The position numbers were made by a program, and so were the translations under genes. Shown piece by piece: positions 1 through 10,240 of a stretch of 64,000 nt of DNA (within the stretch, counting starts at the first letter, position 1; the number at the start of each line of letters is the position of its first letter). The stretch is taken from assembly GCA_965197645.1 (NCBI GenBank), contig OZ240219.1, positions 2,336,001-2,400,000 of the forward strand. The letters run 5' to 3'. The DNA is from Dehalococcoidia bacterium. Lineage in GTDB: Bacteria; Chloroflexota; Dehalococcoidia; Plut-88900. The notes beneath the pieces were generated by a model. The model did not search any database and had not been told where the DNA came from. It saw only the letters and a program-made list of their open reading frames with translations.

Positions 1-1660
1 GCCAGGCAGCACCGTCCCATCGTACCCGGATGCCGGCGCCGTCGTCGTATTCCAGCTCAATATCGTAGGTCTCGTCGCCGGAGCGAACCTCCCAGGAGCG
101 GGTATCCGTCTTTTTAGACACCATTGTTTTCAATGATTGCTCGCCGTACTGGAAGCTGTACTCCAGTCCCCAACGGCCCAGCCGCCAGGGGCCCGCGGTG
201 TTCCAGGGGTTAGGGTTCGAGTAGCCGCCCGCCAGCAGACTGGCCTCCGAGAGCTTGTAGGCCACCGCGGACATCAGCACCTGGGGCGGGACCTCGTCAA
301 CCTGGCGCAGATGAGGCTCTATGCGACGCTCGATGAAGCCGGTGTCCAGCCGCCCGGCGGCGAACTCGGGGTCAGAGATGATGGAGCGCAACAGAGACAG
401 GTTGGTGGTTACGCCGGTGAGATCGTATTGCTTCAGCGCCGATCTGAGCCGCTCCAGCGACTGCCGGCGATCATGCCCGTGGACGATCAGCTTGGCCAGC
501 AGGGAATCATAGAACACAGAGACCTCGGCGCCTTCATTGAACCCCCCGTCGTGCCGGACGCCCGTTCCAGAAGGAGGTTGGAAGCGCTGAATGGTCCCCG
601 TGCTGGGGATGTAGCCCTGGGCCGGGTCCTCGGCGCAGACCCGAACCTCTATAGCGTGACCCGTCAACGAAACGTCCTGCTGCCCAAAGGGCAGGGGTTC
701 CCCGCAAGCCACCATCAGCTGCAACCGCACCAGGTCCATCCCCGTCAATCCCTCGGTTACCGGGTGCTCGACCTGCAGCCGAGGGTTGACCTCCAGGAAG
801 TAGAACTCCCCGTTTTCATCCAGCAGGAACTCGACAGTCCCGGCGTTGACATATCCGGCTTTCGCTGCGAGCTTGACTGCAGCTTCGCCCAGCCGCTGCC
901 TCAATTCGGTGTCCACCACCGGCGACGGGGACTCCTCTATCACCTTCTGGTACCTTCGCTGGATGGAGCACTCCCGCTCGCCCAGGTGCACCACGGCTCC
1001 GCTGTTGTCGCCGAAGACCTGCACCTCGATGTGCCTTGGACGGGAGATGTACTTTTCCAACATCAAGGCGTCGTCGCCGAAGGCCGCTTTCGCTTCTCTT
1101 CTGGCGCCTGCAATCGCCTCCTTGAGGTCGTCACCGTCTTCGACCAGCCTCATACCCCGCCCGCCGCCCCCTCCTACCGCTTTGATCAGGACCGGGAAGC
1201 CCACTTCGGAGGCCTTGCGCAACAGGGTAGCGTTGCTCGGCTTACGGGCGTAGTACCCCGGTATCACCGGCACGCCGACCGATTCGGCCAGCTTCTTCGC
1301 CTGAGCTTTGTCTCCCAGCAGCCGGAGGGTATCGGGTTTGGGGCCTATGAACGTCAGCCCCTCGGCGGAGCAGGCCTCGGCGAAGCCCGGGTTCTCGGAA
1401 AGGAACCCGTATCCCGGGTGCACCGCCTCTGCCCCGCTGTCCGAAGCCGCCGACAGGATGGCACCTATATCGAGATAGCTCTCCTCTGCAGGCGCCGGAC
1501 CGATGTATAAGGCTTCGTCGGCTGTTTCAACGTGGAGCGCGTCCCTGTCGGCTTCGGAGAACACGGCGACAGAGGAGATGCCCATCTCCCTGCACGTCCT
1601 CATGACGCGGACGGCTATCTCCCCTCGGTTGGCTATCAGCACCTTTTCGAACATGGCCAT
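1..1660 (-). CDS. Biotin carboxylase (alpha) subunit of a methylcrotonyl-/acyl-CoA carboxylase; 3' end runs off the window
   Basis: Read from the minus strand (absent from the ORF track because it is truncated): [27 protein letters not shown]...HPGYGFLSEN...GGGGRGMR...FLEVNPRLQVEHPVTE. The ATG overlaps the upstream stop (TGATG). Confidence 0.93.
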   Translation of the reverse strand, partial: MAMFEKVLIANRGEIAVRVMRTCREMGISSVAVFSEADRDALHVETADEALYIGPAPAEESYLDIGAILSAASDSGAEAVHPGYGFLSENPGFAEACSAEGLTFIGPKPDTLRLLGDKAQAKKLAESVGVPVIPGYYARKPSNATLLRKASEVGFPVLIKAVGGGGGRGMRLVEDGDDLKEAIAGARREAKAAFGDDALMLEKYISRPRHIEVQVFGDNSGAVVHLGERECSIQRRYQKVIEESPSPVVDTELRQRLGEAAVKLAAKAGYVNAGTVEFLLDENGEFYFLEVNPRLQVEHPVTEGLTGMDLVRLQLMVACGEPLPFGQQDVSLTGHAIEVRVCAEDPAQGYIPSTGTIQRFQPPSGTGVRHDGGFNEGAEVSVFYDSLLAKLIVHGHDRRQSLERLRSALKQYDLTGVTTNLSLLRSIISDPEFAAGRLDTGFIERRIEPHLRQVDEVPPQVLMSAVAYKLSEASLLAGGYSNPNPWNTAGPWRLGRWGLEYSFQYGEQSLKTMVSKKTDTRSWEVRSGDETYDIELEYDDGAGIRVRWDGAAW

Positions 1661-3297
1661 CACATCCGAAAGACGCCGAAGCGAGTCTCGGGGATTGGGG
1701 CGTTGAGGGCAGCAGCGATTCCCAGCCCCAGTACCATGCGGGTATCCACCGGATCGATGATTCCGTCGTCCCACAGGCGGGCCGTGCTGTAGTAGGGGCT
1801 GCCTTCCTCTTCGTACCGCCCCAAGATTGGGGTCGTGAACGCGGTCTGCTCTTCCTCGGACATCTCCTCTCCACGGGCTTTAAGGTTGTCCATTCGTAAA
1901 GTCAGCAGCGTGTTGGCCGCTTCCCTTCCCCCCATTACGGATATCCGGGCGTTGGGCCACATCCAGAGCTGGCGGGGGTTGTAGGCCCGGCCACACATGG
2001 CGAAGTTCCCCGCCCCGAAAGACCCCCCGATTACTACGGTGAACTTGGGCACCTGGGCGTTGGCCGTGGCCATTACCAGCTTGGCGCCGTCCTTGGCCAG
2101 GCCCCTGTTTTCGTACTCCTTGCCCACCATGAACCCGGTGATATTGTGCAGGTAGAGCAACGGTATGCGACGCTTGCAGCACAGCTCTATGAAGTGGGCA
2201 CCCTTCAACGCAGATTCGGAGAAGAGGATCCCGTTGTTGGCTATGATCCCTACGGGGTATCCCATGATCCTGGAAAATCCGCACACCAGGGTATCGCCGT
2301 AGAGCGCCTTGAACTCCTGGAACTCGGACCCGTCCACTATGCGGGCGATTATCTCCCGCACGTCCAGTGACGTTCGAAGGTCCGAAGGCAGGAGCGAGTA
2401 AAGCTCTTCCGGGTCGAACACAGGAGGCCTGGGCGGGGCCACCTCCCAGGGATACTCTTTCTTGGTGTAGAGGTTGGCCACTATCTCGCGGGTTATGGCC
2501 ATGGCCTCCTGGTCGTTGGTGGCGTAGTGATCGGAAACTCCCGATATCCTGGTGTGGACATCGGCGCCACCCAGCTCCTCGGCGGACACCTCTTCCCCTG
2601 TCGCCGCCTTGACCAGGGCCGGCCCACCTATGAATATGGTCCCGGTCCCCTTTACGATCACCGTCTCGTCGGACATGGCGGGCACATAGGCGCCGCCGGC
2701 GGCACACGATCCCATCACCACGGCGATCTGGGGTATTCCCATGGCAGACATCGACGCCTGGTTGTAGAAGACCCGCCCGAAATGCTCCCTGTCGGGGAAG
2801 ACGTCGGCCTGGAGAGGCAGGAATGCACCTCCGGAATCGACCAGGTAGATGCACGGCAGCCTGTTCTGCTGGGCGATCTCCTGTGCCCGGAGGTGTTTCT
2901 TGACGGTGAGGGGATAGTAGCTGCCCGCCTTGACCGTGGCATCGTTGGCTATGATCAGGCACTCCTGGCCCGATACGACGCCGATGCCGGTGACCATGCC
3001 CGCTGCGGGGGCTCCATCATCGTACATCTCCCAGGCTGCCAGGGGGCTCAGCTCCATGAAGGGCTTCTCCGGATCGAGCAGTAATCTCAGCCGCTCCCTG
3101 GCCGTCAGCTTGCCCCTCGCCTTGTGCCGTTTCAAGGAAGCCTCGGCCCCGCCGCGTTGCACCGTTTCCAGGCGGTGGCGAAGCTCTCCGAGGATGCCCA
3201 GGTGGTATTCCCGGTTCTTGAGCGCCTCAGGGCTATCCACGTCGATGTGGCTCTCAAGGGTCGTGATTCGTGTCGAGTTACGGGTGGCGGTGGTCAT
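1660..3297 (-). CDS. Methylcrotonoyl-CoA carboxylase-type carboxyl transferase (beta) subunit
   Basis: Motifs [39 protein letters not shown] and [15 protein letters not shown]; adjacent to the biotin carboxylase. Confidence 0.93.
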   Translation of the reverse strand: MTTATRNSTRITTLESHIDVDSPEALKNREYHLGILGELRHRLETVQRGGAEASLKRHKARGKLTARERLRLLLDPEKPFMELSPLAAWEMYDDGAPAAGMVTGIGVVSGQECLIIANDATVKAGSYYPLTVKKHLRAQEIAQQNRLPCIYLVDSGGAFLPLQADVFPDREHFGRVFYNQASMSAMGIPQIAVVMGSCAAGGAYVPAMSDETVIVKGTGTIFIGGPALVKAATGEEVSAEELGGADVHTRISGVSDHYATNDQEAMAITREIVANLYTKKEYPWEVAPPRPPVFDPEELYSLLPSDLRTSLDVREIIARIVDGSEFQEFKALYGDTLVCGFSRIMGYPVGIIANNGILFSESALKGAHFIELCCKRRIPLLYLHNITGFMVGKEYENRGLAKDGAKLVMATANAQVPKFTVVIGGSFGAGNFAMCGRAYNPRQLWMWPNARISVMGGREAANTLLTLRMDNLKARGEEMSEEEQTAFTTPILGRYEEEGSPYYSTARLWDDGIIDPVDTRMVLGLGIAAALNAPIPETRFGVFRM

Positions 3298-3349
3298 GTG
3301 GTTTTGCTCCGATTGAGAGATGCGAAATGAGGTAGTCGGTTTTCCGGAG

Positions 3350-3379
3350 ATGGTACTTAGGGATGCTCTCCGGTGTCAA
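3350..3379 (-). promoter_or_regulatory. Putative sigma70-type promoter of the carboxylase operon
   Basis: Minus strand TTGACA-N18-TACCAT; overlapped by an inverted pair CCGGAGA/TCTCCGG that could be an operator. Confidence 0.5.
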
Positions 3380-3444
3380 GACGACGCGCGTCGTCCTATC
3401 GGGGCTCTCTGAAGGAGTCCATGCGACCGGGGCGCCGGGGCCGT

Positions 3445-4455
3445 CTAGGTTACCTGGAGCGTGGGTGACCGGAGCTCGGGGATGATCTGCTCCGCCGTCA
3501 ACGGGATGGCCTCTTTCTGGTACATCTGGATACGGTAGGAACCGAAGTCGGTCACGAGCAATCTCCCCTCGGAGTCGACGTGGACCGAGGTGGGGCTTCG
3601 TAACCGTTTCTGGGGCTCCAGCGAGGCCATCTCCCGCAGTCGAAGGGGCTTGGCGTTGGTCATCAGGTAGCGGGTGGCGGACTTGGACAGCGAGGCGTCC
3701 CCGATGAACTTCTCCAGGTACTGGCCGTTCTCATTGAACATCTGGACCCTGTGGTTGCCCCTATCGGCGACGTAGATGTCGCCGTCGGAGTCCACGGCCA
3801 CGTCGGAGGGCCTGTTGAATTCTCCGTTTCCATCGCCGGAGCCACCGATGGACAGGACGAAGTCGCCGGTCGGCGAGAACTTCTGCACCCGATCGTTGCG
3901 CCAGTCCGCCACGTAGACGTCGTTCACCTCGTCCACGGTGATGCCCCACGGCATGTTGAGCTGTCCTTCACCATCGCCGAGGCTTCCCCAGCTGAGCAGG
4001 TGTTTGCCGTCTTTGGTGAACTTCTGTATCCGATGGTTCAGCGAATCGGCGATGTAGATGTTCCCCTCGGAGTCGAATGTCATGCCGGCGGGCCGGTTCA
4101 GCTGGCCCGGCTCGCTGCCTTCCTCGCCCCATTTGCTTAGAAACTCGCCCTTTTCGTTGAACACGGAGACGCGATTTAACGCTTCGTCGGAGACGTACAG
4201 GTTGTCGTCCCCATCCATGATGACCGAAACGGGCCACAGCAGCTTGCCGTCCTCCTTGCCCATGTCGCTGATGATGCCCAGATCGTCATCTTCCCAGCTC
4301 AATCTCCGGACGTCGGCTTCCCACTCGCCGCGACACAGAACGTAGAGGTGTTCCTTGCCTATGGCCAGATCGACGGGGTAGCTGGTGACCCTCCTCATGC
4401 CCAGAGTCTTTACATAAGGAAAGCCGGTCCGAAGCAGTGCGTAAGGTCTGTCCAT
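3445..4455 (-). CDS. NHL-repeat six-bladed beta-propeller protein
   Basis: Repeated G.GxGQLNxPxGxxxDxxGNIYIADxxNHRIQKF units. Confidence 0.9.
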   Translation of the reverse strand: MDRPYALLRTGFPYVKTLGMRRVTSYPVDLAIGKEHLYVLCRGEWEADVRRLSWEDDDLGIISDMGKEDGKLLWPVSVIMDGDDNLYVSDEALNRVSVFNEKGEFLSKWGEEGSEPGQLNRPAGMTFDSEGNIYIADSLNHRIQKFTKDGKHLLSWGSLGDGEGQLNMPWGITVDEVNDVYVADWRNDRVQKFSPTGDFVLSIGGSGDGNGEFNRPSDVAVDSDGDIYVADRGNHRVQMFNENGQYLEKFIGDASLSKSATRYLMTNAKPLRLREMASLEPQKRLRSPTSVHVDSEGRLLVTDFGSYRIQMYQKEAIPLTAEQIIPELRSPTLQVT

Positions 4456-4511
4456 AGTTCACCTCGATAGGGGCTAGATATGCCCGAGTATCTTGCTACG
4501 CGATCGATTGA

Positions 4512-5645
4512 TTAGTTGAACGGTCTTATCTGCTCGAACGACCCGCCTACGATGGGGGCGGGGTCGATGCTCAGCCACTGTTCCAGGATAGTGCCGTAGA
4601 CGCCGCGGAAATCGATGGTGTGCTCCAGGTCTTCGCCCCTGGCCCACGTCTCGGGTTGAAGCGAGGGATACTCGGAGTAGAAGCCACCGTTCACCCGCTC
4701 GCCGATGATGAAAGCGCCTCCGCCGGTGCCGTGATCGGTGCCGCTCCCGTTGTCCTTCATGCGTCTCCCGAACTCGGTAAACACCAGCATGACCACCTCT
4801 TCCGATGCGTCATGGGACTCGATATCTTGGAAGAAGTCGGTAAGGGCGCTGGCGAGCTCGCTGAGAAGCCTGGGGTGGACTGGGCCCTGTCCGGCGTGGG
4901 TGTCATATCCGGCGTGCTGGGTGTAGAAGATGCGGGTGCCCAGGTCTGCGAAGTGCACCCTGGCCACATCCCGCAGGCTCTGCGCTATCGGATTGGGGGC
5001 GTACTCCACGTCCGACGTGTAGCCGGCCACGGCTTCTTTCAGGATCTCCGCACCCTTGATCACGTCCAAGCCGGTACGCGCCAGGTAGTCCGATACGGGA
5101 CCGGTGCCGATGGCCGGGCTGTAGATATCCTGGAATATCCCCAGTGCCTCGTTTCGTTGACCCACGTCGGTAATGCCGGCCAGCAGCCCGTAGGTCTCCA
5201 GATCGCCTACCGATGTTATCGGCACGTCGGGGCAGGCCAGGGCGCGGGGCATACCGCGCCCGAAGCTGACCGTAGTCAAAACGTTTTCGTGTTTCGGGTC
5301 CAACTCCTGGGTCGCCTGGCCTAGCCATCCCTTCAGACCCACGGCATCGGGCTCGCAGGTGTGCCAGATGTCCATGGCCCTGAAGTGAGAGCGGCTGGAA
5401 TCCGGGTAGCCTATCCCTTGGACGATGGCCATCTTACCCGCATCATAGAGGTCCTTTGCCGGAGCGAAGGATGGGTGAAACCCCAAAGTGTCGTTCAGGT
5501 GCACCACCTGGTCTTCGGGCACGTTCAGAGTCTTTCTCGTATCGTAGTAGATCGGGTTGGTGTAGGGGATGAGGGTGTTCATGAAGTCGTTGCCCCCACT
5601 TAGCTGCACAACCACCAGAACCGGCGACTTTCCATTGCCGACCAT
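4512..5645 (-). CDS. DUF1501 domain protein without a Tat signal
   Basis: Motifs LVVVQLSGGND, SRSHFRAMDIW, GYDTHAGQ and FTEFGRR..NGSGTDHG. Start moved to ATG 5645, which follows the RBS GGAGG just after the DUF1800 stop. Confidence 0.88.
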   Translation of the reverse strand: MVGNGKSPVLVVVQLSGGNDFMNTLIPYTNPIYYDTRKTLNVPEDQVVHLNDTLGFHPSFAPAKDLYDAGKMAIVQGIGYPDSSRSHFRAMDIWHTCEPDAVGLKGWLGQATQELDPKHENVLTTVSFGRGMPRALACPDVPITSVGDLETYGLLAGITDVGQRNEALGIFQDIYSPAIGTGPVSDYLARTGLDVIKGAEILKEAVAGYTSDVEYAPNPIAQSLRDVARVHFADLGTRIFYTQHAGYDTHAGQGPVHPRLLSELASALTDFFQDIESHDASEEVVMLVFTEFGRRMKDNGSGTDHGTGGGAFIIGERVNGGFYSEYPSLQPETWARGEDLEHTIDFRGVYGTILEQWLSIDPAPIVGGSFEQIRPFN

Positions 5646-5659
5646 ATCCTCGCCTCCTA

Positions 5660-7063
5660 CTAGTTGAACTGGTACTCCGTAGACGAAACAATCAACTGAA
5701 TCAACCGCTTTACGAGAGCAGTGCTGTCCGCTCTTTCGGCGTCGGTCCCGAAGCTGAGACTTCCCGCAGATTGGGCGTGGCCTATCAGGGCGGAACGGGT
5801 ATCCTCCTCGACTTGCAGCGAGCCCACCTGGGCAAGGCACCGCTCCACCACCTCCTCCGGCGCCGGGGCGTCTCCACCCGAGCTTAGTACTTCGACCGCT
5901 TCGCTGATCGCCTCACTGTCCGGCTCGCCCAGCCGATCGACGGCGAAGTTGACCCGTTCGTTCAGGGTGCCGGCGTCTATCCACTCCTTGCCCGTGTGCC
6001 AACCCTCCACCGAGGGAGGGTTGTACAGGAACTGGCCCATCGCCTCGCTGGCAGAGACCAGGTTCAACAGGCCCGGCTCGGGGAACCGGTGCGCCCCGGT
6101 CAGTTTGACGGTGCCAACCACAAACTCGGTGGGGCTTTTCACCCGCTTGTACCGGGCTTGCTTGAAGAAATCGGAGTTGAACAGGGTCTCCAGCACGGCC
6201 CGCATGTTGCCGCCGGAGGCATGGTAGGACTCCACCAGAGCATCGACGGCCTTGGGGTCCTGCGGAGGGACGGTGCTCCAGGCCGGGACCTGGGGTTCAT
6301 CGGCGACGAAGAAGTTGTACAGATGTCTCGCTATGAATCTGGCGGTGGCGTCCTGCTTGACGATGATGTCTATGATGTCCTCGCCGTTGAACCGCCCCGA
6401 GTTGCCGAGGAAGGTCTTTTCGCTATCGTCGTGGTCGTCCTCCCGGTATACGAACTCTGATTCGTAATGACCGAAGGGATAGAGGGGTATGGGCTGGTGG
6501 AAAGTCCACCCGGTGAAGGCCCGGGCGGCGTGCTTGATATCGTCTTCCGTGTAGTTGCCGATACCCATCGAGAACAGCTCCAGCAGCTCACGCCCGTAGT
6601 TCTCGTTTATTTCATCCTTGTGGTTCTCGTGGTTGTCTAGCCAATCGATCATCGCCGGGTCTCTGGACAGGTCCAGGAGAATGGTCTTCATGTCCGAAAG
6701 CCCGTTGGCGCGGAAGGTCTCAATCTGGTTCATCGAGGACCGGGGATGCTCGCTCTTGTGCCAGCCCGTGGCGAAGACGTGATGCCAGAACAGCGCCATC
6801 TTCTCCTGGAGAGGGCGTTGGGTGTTGATCATGATGTAGAGCCACCGGGCCGCGTACTCATCCGGGACCTCCACGGAGTCCAGGGAGGTATAGTATCTCC
6901 GGAGAATGTCATCAGCGACTTCCGGGGATTGCTCCGGATGAAGAAGATCGCCCAGAACGGCATCGTATCCCCGGGCTGCGTACTCATCCAGCTCTCTCCT
7001 GGTCGCCCCGAAACCGGCGCGTCGCATCAGGTGTGCTACGAGATCCAGGTCGTTGTCTGCCAT
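5660..7063 (-). CDS. DUF1800 domain protein
   Basis: Motifs HLMRRAGFG, LQEKMALFWHHVFAT, NENYGRELLELFSMG, ARAFTGW and PPSVEGW. ATG 7063 follows AGGAGG. Confidence 0.9.
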   Translation of the reverse strand: MADNDLDLVAHLMRRAGFGATRRELDEYAARGYDAVLGDLLHPEQSPEVADDILRRYYTSLDSVEVPDEYAARWLYIMINTQRPLQEKMALFWHHVFATGWHKSEHPRSSMNQIETFRANGLSDMKTILLDLSRDPAMIDWLDNHENHKDEINENYGRELLELFSMGIGNYTEDDIKHAARAFTGWTFHQPIPLYPFGHYESEFVYREDDHDDSEKTFLGNSGRFNGEDIIDIIVKQDATARFIARHLYNFFVADEPQVPAWSTVPPQDPKAVDALVESYHASGGNMRAVLETLFNSDFFKQARYKRVKSPTEFVVGTVKLTGAHRFPEPGLLNLVSASEAMGQFLYNPPSVEGWHTGKEWIDAGTLNERVNFAVDRLGEPDSEAISEAVEVLSSGGDAPAPEEVVERCLAQVGSLQVEEDTRSALIGHAQSAGSLSFGTDAERADSTALVKRLIQLIVSSTEYQFN

Positions 7064-7125
7064 CTGATTCCTCCTGAATGGGGATCGAGGGTGCGCCAAC
7101 GTTACCCCGGCTGTATGTTAGTCCG

Positions 7126-7154
7126 ATTTTAAAGAGTCCCGAATAAGGTGTCAA
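7126..7154 (-). promoter_or_regulatory. sigma70-type promoter of the DUF1800-DUF1501(-NHL) genes
   Basis: Minus strand TTGACA-N17-TAAAAT. Confidence 0.65.
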
Positions 7155-7323
7155 CAGATTCTCCGTGATAGCGTCCAGCGATGGCAGGAGCCGCATCTGC
7201 GAAAGAGACACCAATTCGACAAGCAAATCCGCACCGGTGTACACTTGCAGCTAGGCTACAAATCATTCGCCGCATCGGTGACGGGAGTGTCTCCGTAGCT
7301 GGAATCGATAGAGGGAGGAAGAG

Positions 7324-8427
7324 ATGGCGAAGAACGGATTCAAGGTGCTGGATTCGGACATGCACGTCATAGAACCCCCGGACCTCTGGCCCCGATACAT
7401 CAATCCCGAGTTCAAGGACCGCGCCCCGACAAGCGCCGACCGGTGGATGGGGGACATGCACGTGTCCGTGGAAGGGCACGAGATGCCCCAGGAAGGTGAC
7501 GACTGGGCCGAGGACAAGGCCTGGGAGCTATCGGACATCTACCGCGAGGCCGCTGAGAGCGGCTGGGACGCGGAGTCCCAGGTGCGCGCTATGGACGCGG
7601 AAGGCATCGATACTGCGGTGCTGTATCCCAGCCGGGGACTGTTCGCTCTGGCTCTCGACACCATGGACGCCGGACTGGCAGCCGCCATCGCCACGGCCTA
7701 CAACGACTGGATGCGGGACTTCTGCGACGTTTCACCAACCCGCCTGTACGGAGCGGGAATGGTATCCCCCTTCGATGTTGAGACCGCCGTTATAGAGGCT
7801 CGCCGAGCTGTCCAAGAGCTGAGTATGAAAGCCGTTTTCGTGCGGCCCAACATAGTCAACCAGCGCAACTGGTACGATCCCTACTACGACCCCCTGTGGG
7901 CTGAGATCTCCGACCTGGGTGTCCCGTTGGGCTTCCACGAAGGCGCCACAGCGGCCATGGACCAGGTGGGCAAGCGGTTCGGCAGCTACATGCAGCTGCA
8001 CACCTGTTGTCACCCCATGGAGATGATGCTGGCGGTAGTGGACATGATAGGCGGCGGGGTGTTCGAGCGTTTCCCTGGGCTGCACGTAGGTTTTCTGGAG
8101 GGGAACTGCGCTTGGGCGCCCTGGCTCCTGTGGCGGCTGGATGAGCACTTCGAGCTATCGGGTCACTTCGAGATGCCTGAGCTGAAGCTGGAGCCGATGG
8201 AGTACTTCAAGCGCCAAGCCTACGTCTCCGTCGAGCCGGACGAGGAGCCCGCCATCTTTCTCGAGCAGTTCGGTCTAATAGAAAACGTGGTCTTCTCCAC
8301 CGACTATCCCCACAACGACTCCAAATACCCCCATGCCATCGATACCTTCCTTGAGATGCCCTTCACCGAGGAGTCCAAGCGCAAGATTCTGTGGGATAAC
8401 TGCGCACGACTTTACAGCTTCTCTTGA
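7324..8427 (+). CDS. Amidohydrolase family 2 protein
   Basis: Motifs LDSDMH, GFHEG, GFLEGNCAW and FSTDYPHND; RBS GGAGG. Confidence 0.9.
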   Translation: MAKNGFKVLDSDMHVIEPPDLWPRYINPEFKDRAPTSADRWMGDMHVSVEGHEMPQEGDDWAEDKAWELSDIYREAAESGWDAESQVRAMDAEGIDTAVLYPSRGLFALALDTMDAGLAAAIATAYNDWMRDFCDVSPTRLYGAGMVSPFDVETAVIEARRAVQELSMKAVFVRPNIVNQRNWYDPYYDPLWAEISDLGVPLGFHEGATAAMDQVGKRFGSYMQLHTCCHPMEMMLAVVDMIGGGVFERFPGLHVGFLEGNCAWAPWLLWRLDEHFELSGHFEMPELKLEPMEYFKRQAYVSVEPDEEPAIFLEQFGLIENVVFSTDYPHNDSKYPHAIDTFLEMPFTEESKRKILWDNCARLYSFS

Positions 8428-9182
8428 TGAAGCTCGCGCTCGTCATTCGCCACTCGCCCCACGAGTCGCTGACGGATAGCTACGCTTCCATACTGAAGGC
8501 CAACGGCTTCGAACCCCGGGGTCTCAACCTCTTCGAATCGGCGCCGGCCTATGACGCCTTCGAGCCCCCAGATATCAATGAGGTCAGCTGCCTGATCATT
8601 CTGGGAGGCTCGATGTCCGCCAACGACGATTTCCCGGCGTTTCACGCCGAGCGTCACTACGTGCGAAGCGCCGTAGATCTGGGTAAGCCGGTCTTTGGCA
8701 TATGCCTCGGCGCTCAGATGTTGTCCCTGGCCCTCGGCGGCACGGTGGAGCCTACGGGCGGCTACCAGTTCGGCCTGCGCAAAATAGACGTCACCAGCGA
8801 AGGCGCCACCGACCCGGTCTTCAGCAAGATCAATGTCCCCCTCGTGCCCACGCTGCACGGAGACTGCTTTTCCATTCCGGCGGGCGGTGTGAAGCTAGCG
8901 GAAGGGTTCATGCTGTGCTGGGATGGGGGATTTCGAAGGATAAACATGGCCTTTCGCTACGGGAACTCCTACGGCTTCCAGTTCGAGCCCCAGTTGACCT
9001 TCGACGAGCTGCGCATCTGGAACCGAGAGATGAGCGACGATTACAAGCTCATGGGCAGCCGGTTTGACCCGGAGGAGGAAGCGGAGCGCAACATGCGCGA
9101 GTTCGCCAAGTACGCCCCCTACTACGTGGAACAGATGGGGGACCTGCTAACAGCGTTCCTGTCCAACGCCAGGCTGGCGTAA
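8427..9182 (+). CDS. Class I glutamine amidotransferase-like protein with an atypical triad
   Basis: Motifs IILGGSMS, FGICLGAQML and HGD; YGFQFEPQ replaces QFHPE. ATG 8427 overlaps the upstream TGA. Confidence 0.85.
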   Translation: MKLALVIRHSPHESLTDSYASILKANGFEPRGLNLFESAPAYDAFEPPDINEVSCLIILGGSMSANDDFPAFHAERHYVRSAVDLGKPVFGICLGAQMLSLALGGTVEPTGGYQFGLRKIDVTSEGATDPVFSKINVPLVPTLHGDCFSIPAGGVKLAEGFMLCWDGGFRRINMAFRYGNSYGFQFEPQLTFDELRIWNREMSDDYKLMGSRFDPEEEAERNMREFAKYAPYYVEQMGDLLTAFLSNARLA

Positions 9183-9185
9183 TCT

Positions 9186-10040
9186 CTACTGCCCGGGCCT
9201 TATTCCGGCGACGTTGATTTGTACGCTATAGAGTCCGGTCTCGGCGGTGGCGTACAGGGTCTTGTAATCGTCTCCGCCAAAGGCCAGGTTAGCCGGTATC
9301 TCCGGGAAAGCGATGGTCCCGATATGCTCTCCCTCCGGCGTTATCACCCAAATGCCTCCCCCGCCGGTGATGTACACGTTGCCTTCGGTATCCACCTTCA
9401 TGCCGTCGGGGCCACCCGGTGCATCGACAGCCATTTCCATAAAGACGCGGTCGTTGCCGAGGGAGAAGTCTTCCTGAAGGTCGAAGGCGCGGAGGTTCTC
9501 CCGTTCGGAGTCATCGACGTACAAGACGGACTCGTCGGGAGAGAAAGCCAGGCCGTTGGGCCCAACAAAATCCGATGCCAGCAACGTGATGGTGTTGTCC
9601 GTGTCTATCCGGTACACGCCGCTGAACTCGATCTCAGCCTGCTCGGGCTCTATGCCGTAGGTCGGATCGGTGAAGAATATTCGGCCGCTGCTGTGTACCA
9701 CCACGTCGTTGGGACTGTTCAATCGCTTCCCCTCCCAATGGGATGCTAAAGTCTCCATCTGCCCGTTGGGGTCCTGCCTGGAAACCCGGCGGCCGGTGTG
9801 CTCGCATGCGACGAGCCGCCCCTGCAGGTCGAGAGTCAAGCCGTTGGAGTTTTGGCTGGGAGCCAGGTAAGTATCCACGGCCCCATCGGGGGTGTACTTG
9901 ACAATCCGGTTGTCCGGGATATCGCTGAAGAGGAGGTAGCCGTCGGGAATCCAAACGGGTCCCTCGGTGAACTGGAAACCGCTGGCTAGTTTCCTGGGCT
10001 CCTGGTCGGGTACCAGATCAGAAAGCTGCTTCGGCATCAT
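9186..10040 (-). CDS. SMP-30/gluconolactonase family protein
   Basis: Motifs FTEGPVW, RLNSPND, PNGLAFSPDE and PDGMKVD. Confidence 0.92.
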   Translation of the reverse strand: MMPKQLSDLVPDQEPRKLASGFQFTEGPVWIPDGYLLFSDIPDNRIVKYTPDGAVDTYLAPSQNSNGLTLDLQGRLVACEHTGRRVSRQDPNGQMETLASHWEGKRLNSPNDVVVHSSGRIFFTDPTYGIEPEQAEIEFSGVYRIDTDNTITLLASDFVGPNGLAFSPDESVLYVDDSERENLRAFDLQEDFSLGNDRVFMEMAVDAPGGPDGMKVDTEGNVYITGGGGIWVITPEGEHIGTIAFPEIPANLAFGGDDYKTLYATAETGLYSVQINVAGIRPGQ

Positions 10041-10240
10041 TCGTTCCTTTCGATTGTCCGAGCACTGGCGATGAGGCCAATATGACAGGACGGATGATTT
10101 TGGTCAAGAATCGGCCGTCCTGGCCCCGAGATATCGGTTCCGGGAGTGACCGGCCCGCCCTAATGAATTAGAATGCGGGGCAACGGGTATTATCCATCTT
10201 GCTTCGGGGCAAGATAACGGGCAACAACGAGGAGGTAAGC

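Noticed and set aside
137-1510. 457-aa plus-strand ORF
   Set aside because: Antisense shadow of the biotin carboxylase gene, with no motifs. The same applies to other long antisense ORFs such as 52990-54336, 55812-57323 and 10824-12071 in this GC-rich DNA.
5646-5840. N-terminal extension of DUF1501 given by the ORF track (also long extensions at 24692-25003, 33242-33511 and 29909-29998)
   Set aside because: They overlap neighbouring genes or promoters and lack homology-like content; downstream starts mostly have better RBSs or fit the signal peptide.
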